This document shows positions 31,934 to 43,343 of a stretch of 64,000 bases of DNA, in pieces. The stretch is from contig CAVVUS010000038.1 of NCBI GenBank assembly GCA_963751345.1, positions 68,582-132,581 on the forward strand, in the 5' to 3' direction. Origin of the DNA: an uncultured Chloroflexia bacterium. GTDB taxonomy: Bacteria; Chloroflexota; Anaerolineae; B4-G1; SLSP01. Position 1 is the stretch's first letter; every line of letters starts with the position of its first letter. The notes under the pieces are model-generated. The model was not told the DNA's origin. It worked only from the letters and a program-made list of their open reading frames with translations, and searched no databases. Both the position numbers and the translations under genes were made by a program.

Positions 31934-33212
31934 TTATCTCCGCAGGGCCTGGGGCGCGTATCTCTGAAGGCCGGCGCGCATCGTGGAGTCGAGCGACTGC
32001 CCGACTTGCCACTCGATCACGCTGATCCCTACACGCTGCAGTCGGTGGATCACCAACTGGCGCTCCGCCCTCGCGATCCTCACCGCGATATCCAGCGCCT
32101 TCCCCGGGGACTCGCCGCGTGCCTCGAACTCCACCGGATCGGGGCTGACGATAAGAATCTGATAGCCGCGCGCCCGTAGACGCGTCAACACCGGCGGGTC
32201 ATCGTCGCACAGCGGGCTGACAAGCACGATCTGAGACTTCGCCGGAAAGAAGCGCGTCGGCAGGTAATCCAGGCTGTCGAAGACCAGGCTGTCACCGACT
32301 CGCGCCTGCGCGAGTGCTTGCAGGATCCGGCGTCTCTGTATCTTGCCGTAGTCTGGGAGTGTGCGTTCCAGGCCGCGTCCGTAGACGAGGAGTCCGACAC
32401 GATTACCGTCACTCAGGAAGCTGTCGGCCAGTGACGCAGCGACCTCCACGGTGTACTCGAAAAGCGACTCGCCGTTGGCCGTCACGTTGCTCCGCTCGCG
32501 AGCGTCCAGGATCACGCCGACATCGGCAATCCGTTCCCGCTCGAACTCGTTGGTGAAGATCTCGCGGGGATGGCGCGCACTGAGGCGCCAGTTGATCCAA
32601 TGCGGCGGGTCCCCCGGCTGGTAGGCGCGGATTCCATAGAAATCGGTGCCCGATCCTCCTTGCCGGGAGGGTATCGGGCCGGCATATCCGCGCGTCCGCA
32701 AGGGCCGTATCTTGATGCTTCGGATCTTCGGGCTCTGCGGGTACCACATAGAGGTTGCTCGTGACACTATAGTGCCGGTGGCGCTGGTAGAGTCCGAAGT
32801 GCTCGCGCGCCGTGACCCGTGTCTCGCCGAACTTGTAGCTGCCCCGCATACCCTCCACACGGTAGATCAGCTTGTAGGATTCGCCTTTACCGAGTGTGAG
32901 GAGCACGCTTGGGTCGCGGTCGGTGATGAGGCCCTTGGGTACCTCGTCTGCAACCATGACCTCGTCAAGCGGCGGCCCTTCATTGGTTATCGTCAGCTCG
33001 ACCCTTACCTCTGTGGAGGCAGGAACGTAGTCGCGACTCAGGGCCCGTGAGACGTGCAGGCGTATGTCGGACGGTCTGAAAACGAGTACCGCGCCGACAT
33101 ACAGCACCAGCGGGAAAGCTGCGGCGATAAACGCGCCGTTGACCGAGCCCAGCCCGCCCAGAACGAAGAGATAGACGAGGACACTGGCAAGCAGATTCCT
33201 GCGAAGGCTCAA
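31934..33212 (-). CDS. DUF58 domain protein, frameshift near 32735
   Basis: DFYGIRAYQPGDP.HWINWRLSAR, ILDAR, GNRVGL; TTG start overlaps the moxR stop. Confidence 0.85.
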
Positions 33213-34209
33213 CCTGCACTCGCCTTCGTTACGGGGACCGCGACCATGCGCACCAACTCTGCGACTACATCGTCGGCGGCCGCCTTGTCGGTCCACATGT
33301 CGGGCTCGAGAATGAGCCGGTGGGTGAGCGAAGCGTGTGCGAACAGCTTGACGTCATCGGGTAGGACGAAGTCGCGCCCACTCATAGCCGCCCACGACCT
33401 AGCAAGCTTCAGCAACGCGAGCCCGCCTCGCGGGCTCGCCCCAACCGCCACGTGGCGGTGCCGCCGCGTGGCTCTCGCCAGCTCGACCATGTAGCGCTCG
33501 ACGTCTGTATCCACGTGAACCCGCTCGGCAACCCGTCGCATCGCCAGCACGCCCTGCCGCATCGGTCACCGCGCTGAGCTGGAACTCGTCCTGACGACGT
33601 TCGCGCCGGCGGCGAAGAATCTCCTGTTCCTCGTCTGCTGACGGATAGCCGATCGAGAGCTTCATCATAAAGCGATCGAGCTGTGCCTCGGGCAGTGGAA
33701 ACGTACCTTCGTACTCGATGGGGTTCTGTGTAGCGATCACGATAAAGGGGTCGGGCAGTGGCTGTGTCTCGCCCTCCAGCGTCACCTGGTACTCCTGCAT
33801 TGCCTCCAGGAGCGCGGATTGCGTCTTCGGGCGAAGCCCGGTTGATCTCGTCCGCCAGGATGATGTTGGCGAAGAGCGGCCCACGGCGAAGCTCGAAGTT
33901 GCCTCCCAGCCGGTCGTAGACATAGCCACCGGTGATATCACCCGGCAGTAGGTCGGGCGTGAATTGGATCCGCTTGAAGCTCAGCCCCAGGACCTCGGCA
34001 AAGCTGTTGGCGATCAGCGTCTTGGCGAGGCCCGGGTAGTCCTCCAACAGGACGTGGCCACCCGAGGAGAGACACGCCGCCAGGATCATTCGGAGTACGT
34101 CCGTCTTGCCTACGATCGCACGTTCCACCTCGTCAACGATCTGTTGGGTGATGATGGCGACATCGTTGACCGAGAGTTCGTTGTAGTCCGAGGGTGCATT
34201 ACTGCTCAC
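33209..34209 (-). CDS. moxR: Second MoxR-family AAA+ ATPase, frameshifts near 33830 and 33560
   Basis: [27 protein letters not shown] / [31 protein letters not shown] / GASPRG, FVLPDD. Confidence 0.9.
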
Positions 34210-34873
34210 TATCCGCCTCCGCTGGTTGGATTCTGAGTTGCCGTTCGATATAGGACAGGGCTATATCCGTCTCAGCCCACAATTCGTCAGGTGTGACACG
34301 CCGGGTGCGCCGCCGCTGGACCAGCCCCAGGAGCCGCTGCTTGACCCGCTGAAACCAGGTTCGCCTGCCGGGCGATGCCGGTTGCTGGGTGAGGTCGAGA
34401 TATCCCCGGACGCTCTCCGGTAGGTCGATTCCTCCTGAGTCGAAGTGGTGCCTGACCTCCCGCGCCGACAGGCGTTCCTCGTAGGCAATCGCCCGCAGGA
34501 GGAACTGACCTATATAGTGGCCGAACCGATCCCGCGAGTACGTACCCGCCGAAACGCGGTCGACGCGCTCCAGCCAGATTCTCACGCTACCGTCAGATCT
34601 GTGGGTCCTCGCCTGCACGCTCTGAACCGTCGTCCTGCTTCGGCGCAGGCTTCGACCGGCGATGAGGATGCCGATGAGAACGGCAGCACCCAGGAATAGT
34701 CCCTGTGGCAGCGCATCCACTACGATGCCAACGATCCAGGCCTGGTACGCGAACGGCAGTACGATGGCCTCGCGCACAAAGTCCTTCAGCATGAACATCA
34801 GCGGCAGGGCCAGTGCGATGAGGATGCCAACGAGGATCAGCACCCTGCGCAGCTTGGCGGCCGTTATCGTCAC
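34199..34873 (-). CDS. Hypothetical membrane protein of the moxR operon
   Basis: Long ORF with N-terminal TM helices, overlapping both neighbours. Confidence 0.65.
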   Translation of the reverse strand: MTITAAKLRRVLILVGILIALALPLMFMLKDFVREAIVLPFAYQAWIVGIVVDALPQGLFLGAAVLIGILIAGRSLRRSRTTVQSVQARTHRSDGSVRIWLERVDRVSAGTYSRDRFGHYIGQFLLRAIAYEERLSAREVRHHFDSGGIDLPESVRGYLDLTQQPASPGRRTWFQRVKQRLLGLVQRRRTRRVTPDELWAETDIALSYIERQLRIQPAEADSEQ

Positions 34874-35781
34874 GACATACTCCTGCACGCATTGACGATA
34901 GCCTGGAGGCTGGACAGCGCAGCACGCTCATCCTCGGGCATCGTCTCCCCGGTGCCGTACCGTGCGCTCTCGAAGAGCTCGGTTAGCCGCTCCACCGGTC
35001 GGGCGGGCAGCCCGGCCCTGAGCAGATAGGTAATGAACTCCCTCGCCGTCACCGTGTTCCCGCTTCGCACCCCGCGCGCCTTGCCCACGACCTGGTTCAT
35101 CTCAACGTAGCAGCGTATGATCGTGTTCCTCAGGTTGGCCCCGAGCTCGATCTCGCCGATAGCCGCCTCGGCCTGTTTGGCAATCTCCTCTAGGGGTTCC
35201 GCCGCCGCCCGGTTTTTCCGGACCTGGTTGACCACGCTGACAACGGCGACGGCCGCGATCAGACCGGCGGTAAGGCTGAGAGCCCAGACAATCCAGGGCG
35301 CGACTTTGTCCGCGCTGAACTCCTCGTCGGTCAGCGGTGGGACCTCCATCTGCTGCTGTCCCTGTCCTTCAAGGTTGCCGGCCGGATCGAGGGACAGGTC
35401 CTTGAGCTGGTCTCGATTGGCCAGGAAAAGGCCGATCAGCGCGAAGATGATCATCAGCCGCAGCATACTGCGAAGTACGGTTCGGCGGAAATCCGGATCG
35501 AGCACCACGAGGGCTACAGCAATGGGGAACGCCATCAAGGCCACGAAGAATATCGTCCGCATCACACGCGCGAGGCTCTCTCCGTTGCCTGCCGGCGGAA
35601 GGTAAGCCGCGCCGCCCATGCCCATGCCGCCGAATTGGCCGACAAGAAACTGCCATATCTGCTCGAAGGGCACGCCAGGGTCGAGCTGAAGTCGCGGTAG
35701 GCCCATCGCAAGGACGAGCATCGCGACAATCGCGATGCCCAGCAACACAAGCCTGGCCTTCTGGCTCTGCAGTATTTTCAT
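34870..35781 (-). CDS. DUF4129 domain membrane protein
   Basis: C-terminal IIRCY.EM...TAREF...LTELFESARYG. Confidence 0.8.
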   Translation of the reverse strand: MKILQSQKARLVLLGIAIVAMLVLAMGLPRLQLDPGVPFEQIWQFLVGQFGGMGMGGAAYLPPAGNGESLARVMRTIFFVALMAFPIAVALVVLDPDFRRTVLRSMLRLMIIFALIGLFLANRDQLKDLSLDPAGNLEGQGQQQMEVPPLTDEEFSADKVAPWIVWALSLTAGLIAAVAVVSVVNQVRKNRAAAEPLEEIAKQAEAAIGEIELGANLRNTIIRCYVEMNQVVGKARGVRSGNTVTAREFITYLLRAGLPARPVERLTELFESARYGTGETMPEDERAALSSLQAIVNACRSMS

Positions 35782-35960
35782 TCAGCAAAACCGCGGAATT
35801 GTTCCAGTGAATAGATGCCGGCACGCTCCAAAGCTCCCCGAAAGTATAGGAGTCTTGGTGAGCTTGTCAATGAAAAGACCCGGGCAATCACAGCATCCTT
35901 CGCGTAGTCATAGCGGTCGACCGGCAAGAATCGCTCTTATCCTTTCCCACTGTGGCCCAA

Positions 35961-36782
35961 TCAGGCTATGCGAATACTGGAGGGATCCGCGCCGCTCCAG
36001 AACGTTTGTTCTATCCGGCCTGTGTAGCTGACCAATCGCTTGGCCATGGATGCCAGTTGGGGCAGGGGGCCGGTAGTGCAGAACAGGTGGCTGGCGACAC
36101 GGTCGGGTGGCTGACATAGACCCTCCTCGGCAAGAACCTTTCCGACCTGGCGCGCGACCGCGGGTGCCGGATCGATGAGTGCGACGCCGGGGCCGACGAT
36201 GTCGGTTATGACGCCGGCGAGAAACGGATAGTGCGTGCACCCGAGCACAAGCTGATCGATACCCGCCTCCATGAGAGGGTGCATACACGCCTCCAGGAGA
36301 CTGCGTGTCGCCGGTGCCTGGACTTGCCCGGCCTCGACAGCCTCGACGAGACCGGGGCAGATTTGGGTGTGGATGGCGACACCCCTGCCAAAGCGGTCGA
36401 CGAGCCGGCGGAACAACTCTCCCTGGAATGTGGTCGGTGTCGCGAGCACTCCGACTACGCCCGTCGTGGTTCGTTCGACTGCGGGCTTGACCGCAGGCTC
36501 CATGCCGACAAATCGAAGGGTGGGGAACTCCGCCCGAAGCGGGTGCAGGGCGGCCCCGGACGCTGTGTTGCAGGCGATCACGATCAGCTTGGCGCCTCGG
36601 TCGATCAAGAACCTGGTAATTGCGATGGAAAGCGATCGGATCTCATCCAGCGAGCGCGGACCGTACGGTACATGTGCCTGGTCGGCAAGATAGAGGGTGT
36701 CTTCGTTGGGCAAGAGCGACACGATCTCACGCCAGACCGAGAGCCCGCCGAGCCCGGAATCGAAAACGCCGATAGGGCCCAG
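35961..36782 (-). CDS. murI: Glutamate racemase (start codon unresolved)
   Basis: The frame upstream of the called start reads PIGVFDSGLGGLSV; PYG, IACNTAS, EPAVKPA, VLGCTHYP. Confidence 0.93.
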   Translation of the reverse strand: MGPIGVFDSGLGGLSVWREIVSLLPNEDTLYLADQAHVPYGPRSLDEIRSLSIAITRFLIDRGAKLIVIACNTASGAALHPLRAEFPTLRFVGMEPAVKPAVERTTTGVVGVLATPTTFQGELFRRLVDRFGRGVAIHTQICPGLVEAVEAGQVQAPATRSLLEACMHPLMEAGIDQLVLGCTHYPFLAGVITDIVGPGVALIDPAPAVARQVGKVLAEEGLCQPPDRVASHLFCTTGPLPQLASMAKRLVSYTGRIEQTFWSGADPSSIRIA

Positions 36783-36820
36783 GCTCCTATCGTCTCTTTT
36801 CTGCTCGCTCCAACCGGCGA

Positions 36821-38931
36821 TCAGGGCGCAGCGGTGAGGGTGTACTCATAGGCTGCCGTCTCGGTTGTCACGGGCGCCATCGCTGAGACCGCAACGACCG
36901 CCTTGTCAACGCCGGATCCCAACGGGATCGTCCAGGAGCCACTGGTCGCATCTGCATCAATCAGCCGCTCGACCTGGATTTGGTTCCCAGGTCCGTAGGT
37001 GACCAACTGGACCATCCACTCCTGCGGGAGCACGTTTGCGTGTCTGACAAAACCTTCGGCAATCCAGTTTCCCGGGCCTTGCTCTACGTCATCGTCGACG
37101 AGCGTCTGCCCATCGACCGTGATCTGCACATCGTCGACGGCGAATCCGGCTTGGTTGACGGCGGCATCGGTGATGTACTCGAACCGGAGCGCGATTTGCT
37201 GGCCGGCGAATTGCGAGAGGTCGGCGCTAAGATGCTCCCATCCCTGGCTCTGGCCGGTGAACCCACAGCCGAGGTTGCCGCTGTTAGGATTTGTCGTTGT
37301 GCAACCCAGACCCGGATCGTCGAGGATGTGCCACGAGATGTCAGGGCTGCTGAGGTCGTTCGGGATCGTGCCGTCCGCGGTTGTACCGACCACCACGTAA
37401 GCGTAATCCCAGTCCTCCTCGATGTGATACCAGCTCCAGAACGCGAGATCGGCCGTTTGGGCGTCGGTCAGATCCACGATCTGTGTCAGCCTGGGATCGG
37501 ACTCGTCGCCGCGGTTGGACCACCACAGGTACTTGCCGCTGTGGGCCTCGGTGTCCATCAGACGCGTCTGGGTGCTTCCGACGAAATCCAGTGTCAGCGG
37601 CTTGTTCCCGTTGATCTCAATGTAGTCGACGCCGTACTGATCGACGGTAGTGCGCTGGGTCTGGGGATACCGCGTGTTCGACGAGTAAGTCTGGTCGATC
37701 GCGGGGGCGTAGATATCGATACTTTGGTAACCGTATTGGCCCTGGGCAATGCTGGGGTCGTCAACGAGGTTGGCAACGACCCAATCGGCGAAGACGTCCT
37801 TGTGGGTTAGGCTCAAGCCCAGGTCATCGCTCAGCACGAGGTCGACGCTCTCAAGCCCGTTCTCCTCGCGCGCCGACGAGCGACTTGGTCGCATCCTCGC
37901 CGAAACGGTCGAGGAAGTAGCTCAAGAAGAGATAAGAGGCGCCGTAGTGGGGAGCGGCGGAGCCCGTGAGGTCTACCTCGGGCCACGTGTTGAGCTGGGT
38001 GTCCGGCTCGTCCAGGTATGCGTACTCGCTTCCACCCACGTCGTATCTGCCAGGATCCTGGGTGTACGTTCGGCTGTTGAGCTCCATCGCAAGTTCGGAG
38101 CATCCCTCGTTCATCCACGTCGTCTCGTTGCGATCATTGTTCCAGTGGATCATGTGCTGGAACTCGTGGGCGAGCACTCCGTTGTAAAATGGATCTCCGA
38201 CGGCGGTGCCCTTGTCGATGTGGATGTAGAACATCTCCATCTCGTTGGAGTCGGTACGCACGGCATTGACGTATTCGTCCGCGCTAGAGAAATAGCCCGC
38301 CACGGTCTGCCCCAGATCGCTTGCGTGCAGGATGCTCAGATGGGGATCGCCATCCACACCCGGCGTCCACTCCGAGCCGAAGAACTCGCGGTCGGTGGGG
38401 TAGGTGTGAGATTCGAAGAGATCGGCGGCCTCCTGGATGTCCTTCATGTTGACCGAGAGCCCTTCCTCGACCCACATATAGACGTGAGGTGTCTTGTAGA
38501 CGAGGTCGGCGTCGATCTGGTAGTTCTGGTCTGCGTCGAGGTTCGAGACGTTGAACGTGCGAACGGTGCCCACCGGGTAATCTGGGCTGGTCGTGCTGGC
38601 GACTCGCGGCGTGTCACTGGGTACACCGAGGAAGCGAATGCCCAGCTCGTGGAGATCCGCCTCCGGGACGTCTGCTGACTCCAGCGCCAGCAGCGTTTCC
38701 TCGGCCTCGCCGGGAACCGGCTCCGTAGCCGGCGTCGGCACGGGCAATGGTGTCGCCTGGATGGCCCGCGGCACCACCGTGGCCACCGGGTTAATGGCGG
38801 GCATAGTTCGCCTGTCGGACTATCAGGAAAGCGGCTGCACCGAGAAGGCAGCAGCCGAGGATGACGCCGAGAGCCAGCACAACCACCAGAGCGACGCCAC
38901 CCACGGTAATCGACAGACGACGAGGATTCAT
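36821..38931 (-). CDS. Membrane-anchored zinc metalloprotease (immune inhibitor A / M6-M30-like), frameshifts near 38810 and 37870
   Basis: N-terminal TM; AHEFQHMIH, WMNEG.SE; C-terminal beta domain WYHIEEDWDY, LRFEYITD...GFAVDD. Confidence 0.78.
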
Positions 38932-39029
38932 CTCTAATCTCCTGCAGCTCGGCAGCGGCGATGGGTGATGTGTGACCCGGGTCCTATGCCGGCTGAAATG
39001 ACGGCGCCTTCACACGACAAGTTGCGGTG

Positions 39030-39072
39030 ATTATAGCGTATGCACAGGGTGAAAGCAAGAGTATGCTATAAT
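39030..39072. promoter_or_regulatory. Back-to-back promoters for the protease (-) and the DUF2723 gene (+)
   Basis: Minus: TTGCTT (39058-39053), 17 bp, TATAAT (39035-39030); plus: TGCTATAAT at 39064-39072. Confidence 0.65.
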
Positions 39073-39081
39073 GTGGCCGCA

Positions 39082-41503
39082 ATGAGTTCTTCGAGCAAGG
39101 TGATAGTCGGCAGGGCACGTGACCCGGGAACCCGACGGCAGCGAAGTGTTCTGGCCATAGTGGTTTTGGTCGCGGCCGCCGCTCTATATGCCGCAACGGC
39201 AGCGCCCGGGACTATCTTTGGCGATCCCTCGGAATACCAGTTCATCCCCGCGATCTGGGGTATCGCGCATCCTCCGGGATATGCCTTCTACACGCTCTTG
39301 GCAGGCCTGTGGCAGCGGGTCGTCGGAGTTGGTTCGTTGGCCTTCAGGACCAATCTGCTTGCTGCGGCCGCGGGCGCGTGGGCCGTGACGTGTGTCGCAC
39401 TGAGCGTGTTCGAAATCGTGCGGTGCACCGGCGAAGCCGAGTCCGGCGGCGGTCCTCCGTTAGGGATTGGCTGGCCGCTGTTTGCCTCCGCCATAGGCGG
39501 GTTCGCAGTCGCAGTTGCACCCGACCTCTGGCAACATAGTATCCATGCCAACGCTCACATCATAAGTGCCGCCATCACGGCGACCCAGCTCTGGTTGCTG
39601 GTTCGCTGGCAGAGGAGCGGAGCCTCGGGTTGGCTTTTCGCCCTGGCGTTCCTGGTGGGTATTGGCGTCACGCACCATCCCATCACGGTCTGGGGCATCC
39701 CCGCCTATCTGCTTTTCATCATTGTCCAGCGTCCCCAGATCCTTCGAGACATCCGCACGATCGCCGGTGGGATCATGTCGACAGCTGCGGGTCTCCTGCC
39801 GTGGCTCTATCTCATCCTCCGCAGCCCGGACGTGCCCTTCGGCCCCACCGATATGAACACGGTGGATGGCTTCCTGCGGCACGCGACTGCGCAGGGCCTA
39901 CGCGTCAATCTCTTCCACTTCGGTCTGGCGGATCAAGCCGACCGGCTGCAGGTTTTCCTGACGCTGCTCCATCTGCAGTACGGGTGGCTCTTGATCGGCG
40001 TGATCGTACTTGGCTTTGTCGCGCTCACGGTCATACGGCCACGGCTGGCGGTTCTTTGGGGTGCCTTTCTCGTGGGCCACCTCGCCTTCACGATGAACAC
40101 CGTCCAGGACGTGATGGCTTACCTACTTCATGTCTTTGTCGCGCTCGGCGTGCCCCTCGGGGTGGGCGTCTATGTATTGTTGCGCGCGGTCCGGCGGGTG
40201 GGGCCGTGGGGTCGCAACGCGATCATGGCGGCGCTCGTTGTCGTTGTCGCCGGTAGGGGGGCCGTCCTGCTGCCGCGTGTGTCTCTGCACGACTGGCGTG
40301 ATGCCGACCGTTTCGTGCAGGAGCTGCGGGAGCGCTTCGAGGGACGAGGCGAAGGAGCCGTCCTCATCTCGGACTGGGAGCACCTGACCCCGTACTTCTA
40401 CGAGACGCTCGCCGAAGGTTCCCCGTTCGATGCGGCCGACCTCCGAACGGTCTACGTGACGGGCGCGCAGCCGTGGGTGGAGAGCGTCATGGCCAACCTC
40501 GGGTCGGGGCCGGTGTATTTGACCAACTACCGGAGGGATGTGCGTGATCTTGGCTTCAGGCTCCGCCCGGAGGGGTCGCTGTGGCGAGTGGTTGAGCCTT
40601 CGTCGACCGAGCCCGTTGCGCCGCAGTATCCGCTGGGGACAGAGTTCGGAGGTGGTCGGTTGGAGGTCTTGGGGTATGATCTCCCGAGCCGTGTGGTCCC
40701 GCAGGGCGGCATCCTTCCCGTCACGCTCTACGCTCGCGTGCCGGTAACGGAGTCGGCAATCCTCATGCCCAGCGCGACCTTGGGGTCTGTGGAGCAGGAC
40801 TGGACCACGGATAGCCGGCGCCTCACGCCCGACTGGGAAGCGCGGCGAGATCATCGCCGAGCAGTACCAGGTATACGTGCCCTTTGGTATGCCGCCGGGA
40901 TCCTACCCGCTCAGCCTTCACTATACCCAGGTAGCTCCTGACCGGGAGGAGCTCGCACTGGCCGATGGCCGACAGGATCTCTCATTGGGCCGCGTCGAGG
41001 TCACCGAGTCCGCCGGTGCAGTGCGCGACGCCCGGCTACTCGACCATTCGCTCTCCAACCTTGGCAATCAAGTCGCCCTGGTTTCTGCGACAACGCGGGC
41101 GGGCGTTACCCTGCGGCAGGGCACGTGGGAGCGACCGTTAGTCCTCCGCGCGGGGCAGACACTTCACCTGAAGTTGGTCTGGCAAGTGTTGACACAGCCA
41201 AAAGCGAGCTACACTGTCTTTATCCATCTGATCGACGCACAGGGCAGCCTCAGGTATGGGTATGACTACACCCCTCTGGGTGGGGCATTCCCCTCCTATC
41301 TGTGGTTTCCAAAGTGGTTGGTCGGACAACGGATGGTCGACCCCTACCGGTTGGTTCTCCCGGCCGATCTGCCTCCCGGACCCTACTGGGTGGAGGTGGG
41401 CATGTACGAGATGGGGAGTATTCGCCGTGTCCCGCAGATGAGCGCGGATGGCGTGATGTTCGGTGACCGGATTGTCCTTGGCCAGGTAGAGATAGCGCCT
41501 TGA
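39082..41503 (+). CDS. DUF2723 / TMEM260-like GT-C glycosyltransferase (putative protein O-mannosyltransferase), frameshift near 40845
   Basis: GDPSEY, GIAHPPGYAFY, THH, about 11 TM helices; C-terminal Ig-like L.LVWQ..YTVFIHLID..LPPG.Y.VEVGMY. Confidence 0.8.
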
Positions 41504-41516
41504 GACGGCGACGGAG

Positions 41517-42023
41517 GTGTATGTGAACAGTGTCCTGATTCCGTGGGTCATAGCGACGACCATCCTGATGTTCGTGGCCGCGTATTGGATCTACACCCTC
41601 GAGAAGCGCGTGGCCGAGTTCCAGGAGCGGTACGAGGGCTTGATCAAGATCTCTGAGGCTCTGTCCGATACGCCGGACCAGGCCGTGCTCCTGCCTCTCA
41701 CACGGCGGCTCGACGCGCACGATGGGCGCCTAGGCACGATCGAGAGCACGCAGCGGACCAGTCTGGCGACGCTCGCGCATTCCATTCAGGGATTGGGCAT
41801 CGTGAGGTACAATGCTTTTGACGGGGTCGGCGGGGATCAGAGCTTCTCGGTCGCTATGGTCGACGGTCAGGGCTTCGGAGCGATCATAACCGGCTTGCAC
41901 AGTGGCGAGGACGTTCGTGTTTATGCAAAACCGCTGCAGAACTGGCGATCCTCTTACAGCCTGAGCGCAGATGAGCAACGAGCGCTCTCCGATGCGCGGA
42001 ACAGAATGGAGAATGGGACATAG
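41517..42023 (+). CDS. DUF4446 family protein
   Basis: N-terminal TM; GIVRYNAFDGVGGDQSFSVA...RVYAKP...YSLSADE. Confidence 0.85.
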   Translation: MYVNSVLIPWVIATTILMFVAAYWIYTLEKRVAEFQERYEGLIKISEALSDTPDQAVLLPLTRRLDAHDGRLGTIESTQRTSLATLAHSIQGLGIVRYNAFDGVGGDQSFSVAMVDGQGFGAIITGLHSGEDVRVYAKPLQNWRSSYSLSADEQRALSDARNRMENGT

Positions 42024-42065
42024 GAGAATGGAAGGATCACGATAGCCTCATGCATTCTCGGCCTG

Positions 42066-42093
42066 TTGACAGAGGGGCGAGCTCTCGTATCAT
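42066..42093 (+). promoter_or_regulatory. Promoter of the bactofilin gene
   Basis: TTGACA (42066-42071), 16 bp, TATCAT (42088-42093). Confidence 0.55.
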
Positions 42094-42183
42094 CGTGATA
42101 GATCACATCGGACCTCGTCACCAGCGGATGGAAGTTCCCGGTAGCATCGCAGATCACATGAATCCAACACAAGGAGGAAGTCC

Positions 42184-42684
42184 ATGTCGTTTCTAGGGGG
42201 AAAAGGGAAAACGCAACCCACGATGGATCCCGCTCCAAGACCCGCAGCTTTCAATCGAGCGCCCGCCTCATCACCCATCGAGTCAACGATCGGCCCTAAC
42301 ACGCACATCAAGGGAGACGTCCAGGGAGATGGTGGCCTGCGCGTTGACGGTATCGTCGAGGGCGCCATCGAGATTACCGGCAATCTGGTCGTCACAGAGA
42401 GCGCGAAGATCCGCGCAGAGATCAAGGCCAACAACATCTCGGTCGCCGGAGCCGTGCAGGGCAACGTTACCGCAACACGGATTGAGATTCTCGACACAGG
42501 CCGTGTCTGGGGTGATCTGACGGTCAAGTCCCTACTTGTCAATGAGGGCGCCTACTTCCGCGGCCAGACCATCATGCCGCAGGACCTCAAGCCTCCGCAG
42601 CTGCAGGCACCCGCTCTTGTGCGGGACGATGACGGCGAGGGGGCAGAACCCGGCACCGTCGTCGACGTAGAAGCACAGGGCTAG
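42184..42684 (+). CDS. Bactofilin (polymer-forming cytoskeletal protein)
   Basis: TIG....IKGDV...LRVDG.VEG...I.V.G.V.GNV...G.V.GD...L.VNEGA.F.G; AAGGAGG RBS. Confidence 0.92.
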   Translation: MSFLGGKGKTQPTMDPAPRPAAFNRAPASSPIESTIGPNTHIKGDVQGDGGLRVDGIVEGAIEITGNLVVTESAKIRAEIKANNISVAGAVQGNVTATRIEILDTGRVWGDLTVKSLLVNEGAYFRGQTIMPQDLKPPQLQAPALVRDDDGEGAEPGTVVDVEAQG

Positions 42685-42710
42685 CCTCATCACCGGAGAA
42701 ACCCGTGCAA

Positions 42711-42772
42711 CGTGTGAGCGAATTCGCGAGACACCCACCATTGGGGTGAGGCCTCGCGAATTCGCTTGCATG
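42711..42772. repeat. Long intergenic inverted repeat
   Basis: AGCGAATTCGCGAG (42717-42730) and CTCGCGAATTCGCT (42753-42766) are perfect 14-bp arms around an inner ACCC/GGGT stem. Confidence 0.7.
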
Positions 42773-42912
42773 AACAATGTGGCAGACATGATCTCTGCGA
42801 ATATCCCGCAAATGCCTTTCCGGGAGAGTGAAGATAGGGTATAATAAGGCTGCCGTGATTCAGACTGTGCTCGAACCCTAACGCCCCGTAGAATATTAGT
42901 GTGGGAGGCTTT

Positions 42913-43197
42913 ATGGAAGTGACGGTAGAGTTCGCTGGCCTGGCACGCGTATTAACGCGTCAACCCCGGGTTTTGATGAGGCTAGACGAAGGTACATCTT
43001 TCCGCGATATCTTGGAGCAACTTGGGAAGTTGCATCCGGAGCTCGTGGGAGATGTGATTCATCCTGGCTTCACATCCCTGAAGTCCTCAAACATGCTCAA
43101 CCTCAACGGCAAACGTATGATTCAGCCTGCCCAAATGAACGAGTGTCCTGAGCATGGTGACCGCCTGATACTCATGTCGATATTGGCCGGTGGCTGA
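42913..43197 (+). CDS. MoaD/ThiS-family ubiquitin-like sulfur carrier
   Basis: V.VEFAG.AR...NG...GD.L...LAGG C-terminal diglycine; GGAGG RBS; TATAAT at 42840-42845. Confidence 0.85.
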   Translation: MEVTVEFAGLARVLTRQPRVLMRLDEGTSFRDILEQLGKLHPELVGDVIHPGFTSLKSSNMLNLNGKRMIQPAQMNECPEHGDRLILMSILAGG

Positions 43198-43343
43198 TTC
43201 CCTGCTTATCACCACTGGAACCCTGCTCCACCATGACAGTTCGTGCTTGATGGCTGGCTCATCAATCGGCATCGTGTACTCGCGCGTCCTCCGGTAGATC
43301 AGTAGCTGCTGGGTCTGCGCCATTGCTGAAGGGAGGCATCTCT

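Noticed and set aside
42775-43343. Moco/Wco riboswitch upstream of moaD or aor
   Set aside because: I could not find the motif's conserved elements on the sense strand; a GGAAAGG-like piece occurs only antisense. An Rfam search would settle it
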